Source: an uncultured Candidatus Saccharibacteria bacterium (lineage in GTDB: Bacteria; Patescibacteriota; Minisyncoccia; Phycocordibacterales; UBA9973). Taken from it: a DNA stretch of 35,689 nucleotides. Of this stretch, positions 16,904-23,728 are shown piece after piece (position 1 is the stretch's first letter; every line of letters starts with the position of its first letter). Under the pieces are notes generated by a model. It worked only from the letters and a program-made list of their open reading frames with translations. It did not search any database and had not been told where the DNA came from. Both the position numbers and the translations under genes were made by a program. Location: NCBI GenBank assembly GCA_964469225.1, contig CAYXYC010000002.1, positions 1 through 35,689 on the forward strand, in the 5' to 3' direction.

Positions 16904-17014
16904 GCGGATTCCCACGTTCCCGAATTGTATGAGAATGTGAATGGTAATCGGAATGCGAATCTTTGGAATTGGTCTGATGATTGGAATTCTGAGTACTGGT
17001 TTCTGGCTTTCCGA
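16904..17014 (+). repeat. DGR template repeat (TR), non-coding
   Basis: Same orientation as the VR. The reading frame matching the VR has a TGA at 16868-16870 and no start codon after it. Carries 6 AAT codons plus GAT/GAA/TAT codons whose A residues are the only variable positions. Confidence 0.85.
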
Positions 17015-17032
17015 TACACACTATTTTCTTCC

Positions 17033-17077
17033 CCCACCTTTCCCCTAGGTCCAACCTAGGGGAAAGGTGGGTTTTTT
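17033..17077 (+). repeat. REP-like palindrome, copy 4, extended to an 18-bp stem plus T-run (terminator-like), 18 nt downstream of the TR
   Basis: cccacctttcccctaggt / cca / acctaggggaaaggtggg, followed by tttttt. Confidence 0.9.
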
Positions 17078-17098
17078 ATCTTTAATGACAATTTATAG

Positions 17099-17127
17099 TT
17101 GACATCCAAACTCCTATCTGATAGGAT
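17099..17127 (+). promoter_or_regulatory. promoter restarting the spc operon at rpsN
   Basis: TTGACA (17099-17104), 17 nt, TAGGAT (17122-17127). Leaves a leader of about 160 nt before rpsN. Confidence 0.5.
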
Positions 17128-17294
17128 AGTGGAACGTAAGTTGTAGATCCGTTCTCCTCCTTAAGTATCTGAAAAATAAAGGTATTTAAGAAAAAGAACG
17201 AGATATCCTTCTTATGAAATTAGTGGGGTTATTTTTATGGCTCCCCGCCTTTGGCGGGATGCTCATAAATTATAGTCGCTCTGCTCCTTAATTT

Positions 17295-17480
17295 ATGGCA
17301 AAAACATCAGTAATTGCAAGACATTTAAAGAAGTCAAAGTTTAGCACACGAGAAACAAATCGTTGTTTTCGTTGTGGTCGTGGACATGCCTACATGCGTG
17401 ATTTCGGGCTTTGTCGTATCTGTTTCCGTGAACTCGCTAACGAGGGTATGCTCCCAGGAGTTCGCAAGTCATCTTGGTAA
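17295..17480 (+). CDS. rpsN: 30S ribosomal protein S14, zinc-binding type Z (61 aa)
   Basis: 'CFRCGR...[12 protein letters not shown]' with CxxC..CxxC, and 'GV.K.SW' C-terminus. Confidence 0.96.
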   Translation: MAKTSVIARHLKKSKFSTRETNRCFRCGRGHAYMRDFGLCRICFRELANEGMLPGVRKSSW

Positions 17481-17523
17481 TCCTTTCTACTAACTACTAT
17501 CTACTTACTACTAACTATTTCAT

Positions 17524-17910
17524 ATGGATCAAATCGCAAACATGATAAATATGGTCAAGAACGCAGGTCTTCGTGAACACGAGACGGTTGTTGTTCCATT
17601 TTCAAAAATCAAGGAATCTATCGCATCATGCCTAGTTAAAGAAGGGTACTTGAAGGGTTTCTCAAAAAAGACAAAGAAAGGCGCTCCTGTGCTTGAAATC
17701 GAGCTTGCTTATGCTGAGGGAAATCCAAAAGTACAGGGTGTAGAACGCGTTTCAAAATCATCTCGTCGTGTATACCGTGGTGTTAAAGAAATTCGTCCAA
17801 CACGAAATGGTTTTGGTCTTACTGTTCTCTCAACACCAAAAGGTATTTTAACTGACAAGCAAGCTCGCAAAGAAATGGTCGGCGGGGAAGTTCTCTTTAA
17901 GATTTGGTAA
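17524..17910 (+). CDS. rpsH: 30S ribosomal protein S8
   Basis: 'D.IANMI..VKNA' N-terminus, 'GG..LF.IW' C-terminus, operon position. Confidence 0.95.
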   Translation: MDQIANMINMVKNAGLREHETVVVPFSKIKESIASCLVKEGYLKGFSKKTKKGAPVLEIELAYAEGNPKVQGVERVSKSSRRVYRGVKEIRPTRNGFGLTVLSTPKGILTDKQARKEMVGGEVLFKIW

Positions 17911-17919
17911 TTATATTTT

Positions 17920-18456
17920 ATGTCACGAATCGGAAAACAAATTATCACTGCTCCTAATGGTACCGAGATTTCACTCTCTGGCACAGTTTTTACTGTGAAA
18001 GGCCCAAAAGGGACACTTACTCGCGATTTCCCGGGTGATATTACTATTGCTATTAATGGTAGCGAAGTAACATGCACACCGACTCGTGAAGGTGATCGTA
18101 CATTGAACGCTCTCTGGGGTACATACGCATCACATATCAAAAACATGGTTACTGGTGTGAATGAAGGATTTTCAAAGAAACTTATTCTTGAAGGAGTTGG
18201 TTTCAAATCAGATGTTGCAGGTAGTACACTAAATCTAGCACTCGGATTTTCACATCCAGTAAAGGTTGAAATCCCAGCTGGACTTACTGTTACTGCTGAA
18301 AAGAACAATATTACCGTTACAGGAATTGATAAGGAGCTCGTTGGTTCATTTACTGCATCTGTTCGTGCTCTCAAAAAACCAGAACCATACAAAGGTAAAG
18401 GTTTCCGATATTCTGATGAAGTTATCCGTCGTAAGCAGGGTAAGAAGGCAGCATAA
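17920..18456 (+). CDS. rplF: 50S ribosomal protein L6
   Basis: 'MSRIGK..I..P.G' N-terminus and 'PEPYKGKG.RY..E...RK.GK' C-terminus. Confidence 0.96.
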   Translation: MSRIGKQIITAPNGTEISLSGTVFTVKGPKGTLTRDFPGDITIAINGSEVTCTPTREGDRTLNALWGTYASHIKNMVTGVNEGFSKKLILEGVGFKSDVAGSTLNLALGFSHPVKVEIPAGLTVTAEKNNITVTGIDKELVGSFTASVRALKKPEPYKGKGFRYSDEVIRRKQGKKAA

Positions 18457-18501
18457 TATAGCCCTTAGCTACTAGCAGTTAGCCATTAGCAAAAAACATA
18501 T

Positions 18502-18843
18502 ATGAACAAGAAAAAAGAAAAACGAATACGATTAAAGAAAAAGATTCGCGCAAAGGTGAATGGTACTTCAGAATGTCCTCGTCTTTCAGTCTTTCGTTCA
18601 AACCAATTTATCTATGCCCAGATTATTGATGATATAAAAGGTGTTACACTCGTATCAGCATCTGATATGAATATTAAAAAAGGCGCAAAGACAGAACGCG
18701 CAATTGCTGTTGGTACTGAAATAGCAAAACTTGCAAGTACAAAAGGTGTAACAAAAGTTGTTTTTGATCGCAATGGTTTCAAATACACTGGTCGCGTAAA
18801 ATCTCTCGCTGATGGTGCACGCGCTGGCGGATTACAATTTTAA
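18502..18843 (+). CDS. rplR: 50S ribosomal protein L18
   Basis: '[17 protein letters not shown]' and 'FDR.G..Y.GR.K.LAD.AR..GL.F'. Confidence 0.95.
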   Translation: MNKKKEKRIRLKKKIRAKVNGTSECPRLSVFRSNQFIYAQIIDDIKGVTLVSASDMNIKKGAKTERAIAVGTEIAKLASTKGVTKVVFDRNGFKYTGRVKSLADGARAGGLQF

Positions 18844-18867
18844 CCTGACTGCCGTTACCAAGATATT

Positions 18868-19476
18868 ATGGATACAACAAAACCAAAACAAAATACAAAT
18901 TCATCATCTCGCTCATTCGGTGGCAAGCGTGATTCTGGCGATCGCCGACCTCGTTCAAACTTCGAACGACCAAAGCCAGAATTTGACCAGAAAATGGTTT
19001 CTATTCGCCGTGTGACTCGTGTGACTTCTGGTGGTCGCCGTATGACATTTGCCGTTGCTCTCGCTATTGGTGACAAGAAGGGTTCAATCGGTCTCGGTAC
19101 TGGTAAAGGTGCTGACACCGCCGTTGCTATTGCCAAGGCACTTCGTCAGGCAAAGAAAAATATGTTTAAGATTAAAGTAACAAAAGAAATGTCTATTCCC
19201 CATGAAGTATCTGGTAAATTTGGTAGTTCACGAGTTTCAATAATGCCAAACCGTGGAAAAGGTCTCGTGGCGGGTAGTACAGTTCGTGATATGCTCACTC
19301 TTGCTGGTATCAAAAATGTTACAGCAAAAATAAATTCTGGAAGTAAGAACAAATTGAACAATTCTCGCGCGACATATGTTACACTTCTTGCTCTTCGAGC
19401 AAAGGGTGGTGTTGTGCCAGCAGTTACATCATTTGTTGCAGAACAGGTCGCAGAAGAAAAGAAAGAAGATAAATAA
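18868..19476 (+). CDS. rpsE: 30S ribosomal protein S5 (R/S-rich N-terminal extension)
   Basis: 'V.IRRV.RVT.GGRR..F.A....GD..G..G.G.GKA' S5 signature. Confidence 0.95.
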   Translation: MDTTKPKQNTNSSSRSFGGKRDSGDRRPRSNFERPKPEFDQKMVSIRRVTRVTSGGRRMTFAVALAIGDKKGSIGLGTGKGADTAVAIAKALRQAKKNMFKIKVTKEMSIPHEVSGKFGSSRVSIMPNRGKGLVAGSTVRDMLTLAGIKNVTAKINSGSKNKLNNSRATYVTLLALRAKGGVVPAVTSFVAEQVAEEKKEDK

Positions 19477-19479
19477 TTT

Positions 19480-19908
19480 ATGCAACTTCATACACTAAAA
19501 CGAAAAAATCCAAACAAAAAATCACGACTCGTCGGTCGTGGTGGTACTCGTGGTAAACAGTCAGGCCGTGGAGGTAAAGGTCAGACAGCTCGCGCAGGTA
19601 ACAAGCGTCGCCCACAGCTTCGCGACATTATCAAAAAGCTTCCAAAGCTTCGCGGATATCGCTTTAATTCACCTTCAATGAAGCCAGCACCTGTTAATGT
19701 TGGCGCCCTAAATGTATTTACATCGGGTGCGACAGTAACACCAGCAACACTTTTTGAAAAGAAACTCATCCGTAAAGTCGGTGGTGTTCTTCCTTCTGTA
19801 AAAATATTGGCAACTGGGGAGCTTTCTGTGAAAGTTGAGGTTTCAAATTGTCTGGTTTCAGCAACCGCAAAATCAAAGATTGAAAAAGCGGGCGGTAGTG
19901 TAAACTAA
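19480..19908 (+). CDS. rplO: 50S ribosomal protein L15
   Basis: 'VGRG...GK.SGRG.KGQ.AR.G' and its position before secY. Starts 3 nt after the rpsE stop, so there is no room for rpmD. Confidence 0.95.
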   Translation: MQLHTLKRKNPNKKSRLVGRGGTRGKQSGRGGKGQTARAGNKRRPQLRDIIKKLPKLRGYRFNSPSMKPAPVNVGALNVFTSGATVTPATLFEKKLIRKVGGVLPSVKILATGELSVKVEVSNCLVSATAKSKIEKAGGSVN

Positions 19909-19961
19909 ATTCAGTCTGTTCCTGTTTTTTCTGTTATCGTTTTTTATACTAAAATCATTAT

Positions 19962-21233
19962 ATGGATCTCGTATGGAGTAAAATAAAAACAGTTTTTACT
20001 GACAAAGCGCTTCGCTCTCGCGTTCTCTTTGTTCTTGGCGCCCTTATTGTTTTTCGTTTACTTTCAACAATTCCAATTCCAGGGATTGATCAATTCAAAC
20101 TTCAAGCATTCATAAATAACAGCCAGTTAATTGGCGTGCTTAATATTTTCTCTGGTGGTGGCTTGTCACACCTTTCTATTTTGATGCTTGGTGTTGGACC
20201 GTATATTACGAGTTCTATTATCATGCAACTTTTGACTATTATGTCACCACGATTGAAGGCGATGTATCAGGAAGACGGTGAAATTGGCCGAAAGAAATTC
20301 AACAGTCGTAGTCGGTTGCTTACTGTACCACTCGCAGTTATTCAAGGTGTATCGCTAATCATCGTTCTTTCTCGTCAGGGAGTTCTTGGTGACATTACAA
20401 TGTTCGGTATTATTGCCAATGTTGCAGTTGTTGTTGCTGGTTCACTTCTCGTAATGTGGATTGGTGAATTGATTTCTGAATTTGGTATTGGTAATGGAGT
20501 TTCACTAATAATCTTTGCTGGTATCGTCGCAAATATTCCAAAAGAAGTATCACAATTCCTATTTACTTTTGATGTTGCCCACTTGCCGACATATATTCTT
20601 TTTCTTGCTGCTGGGTTGCTGATTGTAGCTGCGGTTGTTTTGGTGACTGAAGCAGAAAGACCAATTCCTGTTACTTATGCAAAACAAGTTCGTGGTGAAC
20701 ATGTTGCTCTAGGCACACAAACATACCTACCACTTCGTCTAAATCAGGCGGGTGTGATTCCGATTATCTTTGCGCTTTCAATCTTGCTCTTCCCACAGCT
20801 TGTCGGTAATTTCTTGGCGACAATGTCGAGTGGTACATTGCAATCAATTTCTCGTGGACTTCTCTGGTTCGTGAACAATACATGGGTATACTCACTTGTG
20901 TATTTTATTCTCGTGTTTCTATTTACATATTTCTATACAGCAGTTACATTTGACCCAGATCAGCTTGCAACAAACCTCCAAAAGAATGGCGCATTTATTC
21001 CGGGAGTACGACCAGGTCCAGCAACACGGGAATATATTGCTCGTGTCCTCAATCGTATTACAATGATGGGCGCTGTCTTTCTTGGTTTGATTGCGGTTAT
21101 ACCGCTTGTTATCAAAGCTGTTACTGGTATCACAGCATTTGCGATTGGTGGTACTGCTCTCCTCATTGTCGTTTCTGTTGTTCTTGATTTGATCAAGAAA
21201 ATGGATGCCCAGCTCGCAATGCGAGAATACTAA
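19962..21233 (+). CDS. secY: preprotein translocase subunit SecY
   Basis: 10-TM protein, 'LGVGPYITSSIIMQLL' and 'GNG.SLIIFAGI' motifs, operon position. Confidence 0.97.
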   Translation: MDLVWSKIKTVFTDKALRSRVLFVLGALIVFRLLSTIPIPGIDQFKLQAFINNSQLIGVLNIFSGGGLSHLSILMLGVGPYITSSIIMQLLTIMSPRLKAMYQEDGEIGRKKFNSRSRLLTVPLAVIQGVSLIIVLSRQGVLGDITMFGIIANVAVVVAGSLLVMWIGELISEFGIGNGVSLIIFAGIVANIPKEVSQFLFTFDVAHLPTYILFLAAGLLIVAAVVLVTEAERPIPVTYAKQVRGEHVALGTQTYLPLRLNQAGVIPIIFALSILLFPQLVGNFLATMSSGTLQSISRGLLWFVNNTWVYSLVYFILVFLFTYFYTAVTFDPDQLATNLQKNGAFIPGVRPGPATREYIARVLNRITMMGAVFLGLIAVIPLVIKAVTGITAFAIGGTALLIVVSVVLDLIKKMDAQLAMREY

Positions 21234-21234
21234 A

Positions 21235-21267
21235 ATCCTCTGATGTGTCTGTCAGGGGATTTTTATT
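21235..21267 (+). terminator. intrinsic terminator after secY
   Basis: 9-bp stem atcctctga/tcaggggat (one G-U pair) followed by a T-run. Confidence 0.6.
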
Positions 21268-21297
21268 TATCAGAGATTCTTCGTGTATAATGAATGT

Positions 21298-21894
21298 ATG
21301 AATAATGATTTACGAACTTTCGTTTTCTTCGGTATTGTCGGCTCTGGTAAGGGGACCCAGATTCAATTACTTGAAAAACATATTAAAGAAAAAGACCCAA
21401 ATGCTGATGTGCTCTGGTCTTATGTTGGTGGAGAATTTAGAAAATTAGTCGCAGAAAATAATTACACCGGATTACTAGTCAAAGAACGCCTTGATCAAGG
21501 ATATCTTCAGCCAAACTTTTTGAGTGTTAGCATGTTTGCTAATACGCTCATTACACACTTGAAAAAAGACACATATCTTTTGACTGACGGCTTTCCTCGT
21601 TCACCATCTCAGACGCATTTGTTTGAGCAAATTATTGATTTTTATGGACGCAAAAATATCGCGCTTATTCATATAAAGGTGAGTCGTGATGAATCAATAA
21701 GAAGAATGAAATTACGCGGACGAGCAGATGATACTGATGTTGGTATGAAAAATCGTCTTGATGAATATACAAACGAAGTTTTGCCAGCGCTTTTGCACTT
21801 ACAAATGCATGATGGATACACACTTTATGAAATCAATGGAGAGCAATCAATTGATGATGTATTTAAAGAGCTTCTCCAGAAAGTTGGAATATAG
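21298..21894 (+). CDS. adk: adenylate kinase (short-lid type)
   Basis: P-loop 'GIVGSGKGTQ' and 'DGFPRS..Q'. Short LID region 'RGRADDTD' without Cys. The ORF-track start is a GTG at 21283, so I use the ATG at 21298. Confidence 0.9.
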   Translation: MNNDLRTFVFFGIVGSGKGTQIQLLEKHIKEKDPNADVLWSYVGGEFRKLVAENNYTGLLVKERLDQGYLQPNFLSVSMFANTLITHLKKDTYLLTDGFPRSPSQTHLFEQIIDFYGRKNIALIHIKVSRDESIRRMKLRGRADDTDVGMKNRLDEYTNEVLPALLHLQMHDGYTLYEINGEQSIDDVFKELLQKVGI

Positions 21895-21936
21895 TCTCAT
21901 TGCATTTCAATCTTTTTTCGCATAGTATGCGGATGT

Positions 21937-22185
21937 ATGGCAATTATAATTAAAACCCCAAAGGAAAATATCTCGCCTAAATACGCTCGATATTTCCTAC
22001 GGGGCGAGAAGTAATGTTACCGATTACTGAGTAACTGTGCCTTGTTGTGAAGTATATAAATATGGCAATAATAATTAAAACCCCAAAGGAAAATATCTCG
22101 CCTAAATACGCTCGATATTTCCTACGGGGCGAGAAGTAGTATTGCCGATTACTAAGTATTTGTGCTTTTTGTGTAGTATATAGAT
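21937..22185 (+). repeat. two tandem ~125-nt copies of the map 5' end plus upstream region, each carrying an identical 25-codon micro-ORF
   Basis: Units 21937-22061 and 22062-22185 each begin ATGGCAAT(T/A)ATAATTAAAACCCCAAAGGAAAA, as the real map start at 22186 does. Micro-ORFs 21937-22014 and 22062-22139 both encode MAIIIKTPKENISPKYARYFLRGEK. Confidence 0.85.
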
Positions 22186-22953
22186 ATGGCGATTATAATT
22201 AAAACCCCAGAAGAAATAACAATTTTGCGTGAAGGCGGTAAACGCCTCGCGACTATTTTAGCGAAAGTGGCAGAGATGGTTAAGCCAGGTGTTTCAACAC
22301 TTGAACTCGACCAATATGCTTATAAACTTATTATTGATGGTGGTGATGAGCCGGCCTTTCTTGGTTATAAACCAGAGGGTCATCGAAAAGGATTTCCAGC
22401 ATCGCTCTGCACTTCGGTAAACAATGAAGTTGTTCATGGTATTCCTCACAAGGATAAAATTCTCAAGGAGGGTGATATTATCTGTATTGACCTCGGATTG
22501 AAACACAAGGGTCTTTTTACTGATCATGCAATCACCGTTCCAGTTGGGTCAGTTTCAAAAGAATCTATTTCGCTAATTAACATAACCCGCACAGCACTTG
22601 CCGAAGGTATTGCTGTTGCGTGCGCTGGTAATACAACCGGTGATATTGGGCATGCCATAGAATCATTTGTGAGTAAACGATATGGTATCGTGCGTGAACT
22701 CTCAGGGCACGGTGTCGGGAAATATATTCACGAAGATCCTTATGTGCCCAATTATGGTAAGCCAGGGAAAGGCGTGCGACTTGTCCCAGGGATGGTTATC
22801 GCGATTGAGCCAATGCTAAACATCGGAAGAGAAGACATTGTAAGCGATAAAGATGGTTATACGATAAAAACAGCCGATGGCTCACGAAGTTCACACTTTG
22901 AACATACCGTGCTAATCACCGAGAACGGGCCAGAAATTTTAACTCTTAAATAA
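22186..22953 (+). CDS. map: type I methionine aminopeptidase
   Basis: 'VVHGIP', 'D..ICIDLG', 'GHG.G' and 'IEPM' metal-ligand motifs. Full-length 255 aa. Confidence 0.96.
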   Translation: MAIIIKTPEEITILREGGKRLATILAKVAEMVKPGVSTLELDQYAYKLIIDGGDEPAFLGYKPEGHRKGFPASLCTSVNNEVVHGIPHKDKILKEGDIICIDLGLKHKGLFTDHAITVPVGSVSKESISLINITRTALAEGIAVACAGNTTGDIGHAIESFVSKRYGIVRELSGHGVGKYIHEDPYVPNYGKPGKGVRLVPGMVIAIEPMLNIGREDIVSDKDGYTIKTADGSRSSHFEHTVLITENGPEILTLK

Positions 22954-22958
22954 AACAA

Positions 22959-22996
22959 GCACAAAAAGACCCCTTTGATATGGGGTCTTTTTGTGC
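22959..22996. terminator. terminator hairpin after map
   Basis: 15-bp stem gcacaaaaagacccc/ggggtctttttgtgc. Confidence 0.65.
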
Positions 22997-23026
22997 TATA
23001 ACGAAGGCAAATAAAAGCAAATAAAT

Positions 23027-23644
23027 ATGAGCAACAGCACATTCCATGAATATGTAGAAGCTTTTGAAGTTATCAGAAAACAGGCCGAAAACGAGAATCC
23101 TGAACTTCAGAAACAGCTTAACCGGATCCTTGATGTATTAAAGGGAAACCCAAACATCCTTGGCCAGCTTATGAATCTTCAAAAATTCAGATTTTGCGGA
23201 ACAGTAACTCTTGATGAAGCAAGTTTCCCACTATCAAAAAATTTTTTTTGTACTGACAACAAAAATATTTCAATGAGCGAATCATTCATTTTGGATATTC
23301 TTAGTCAGGCAGGAAATGAGTTTCATTTTGTTGGTGATACATTAATTAAACTTGAATCAATCGAGCCAATGGTACGAATGGAAATCAACAAAGAACTTGA
23401 TAATCCAAAATTATTTTCTGTTGATGAATGCCTCGCTTCTATTAGGTCATTTATTCGTTATCAATATGATGGCAGAAGAGGTCACCTTTTAACCAACGGA
23501 ATGGATAACATTTTCCCCGTTGAGGATTCATTTGTTAAAGTAAGTTGGAGCGGTTCACCAAGTAAAAAGTGGGTTATTTGGAACGACAAACAAATGTCGG
23601 GGCTCAATGATGGGAGATTCCTCTTTATCCCAATGAAAAAGTAA
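23027..23644 (+). CDS. hypothetical protein (205 aa)
   Basis: Clean ORF bounded by terminators. No family recognised. Confidence 0.55.
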   Translation: MSNSTFHEYVEAFEVIRKQAENENPELQKQLNRILDVLKGNPNILGQLMNLQKFRFCGTVTLDEASFPLSKNFFCTDNKNISMSESFILDILSQAGNEFHFVGDTLIKLESIEPMVRMEINKELDNPKLFSVDECLASIRSFIRYQYDGRRGHLLTNGMDNIFPVEDSFVKVSWSGSPSKKWVIWNDKQMSGLNDGRFLFIPMKK

Positions 23645-23652
23645 CTTATTAG

Positions 23653-23690
23653 AAAAACAGTCGAGAATAATCGGCTGTTTTTTGTTTTTC
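23653..23690 (+). terminator. intrinsic terminator
   Basis: Stem acagtcga/tcggctgt (one G-U pair) followed by a long T-run. Confidence 0.6.
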
Positions 23691-23728
23691 AGCATTTGTT
23701 TTCGAAAGAAATGATATAATAATTTGAG

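Noticed and set aside
16714-17037. 107-aa minus-strand ORF, and the 61-aa minus-strand ORF at 16420-16605, both containing 'RKARNQYSE'
   Set aside because: They are antisense shadows of the TR and VR on the opposite strand. They have no promoter or start context and overlap the real + strand gene and repeat. They were useful only because their shared peptide revealed the repeat pair.
16871-17057. TR region as a truncated paralogue or pseudogene of the lipoprotein C-terminus
   Set aside because: In the VR-matching frame there is a TGA at 16868-16870 and no start codon after it, so it is not translatable. Ordinary pseudogene decay would not restrict all 14 differences to adenines of one copy. 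The DGR template explanation fits better.
15196-17077. The repeated 27-nt palindromes as a CRISPR array
   Set aside because: The spacing is irregular (about 320, 420, 1100 and 16300 nt). The units are perfect hairpins at gene ends, one lies inside a CDS, and there are no cas genes.
17709-18392. 227-aa minus-strand ORF
   Set aside because: It is antisense to the rpsH/rplF coding sequence with low-complexity S/P/T/R composition, a typical shadow ORF of a highly expressed gene. The same applies to 5992-6603, 5831-6214, 6272-6646 (tuf), 12362-12820, 12754-13188, 25121-25750, 3238-3804, 30655-31068, 31498-31863 and 32881-33273.
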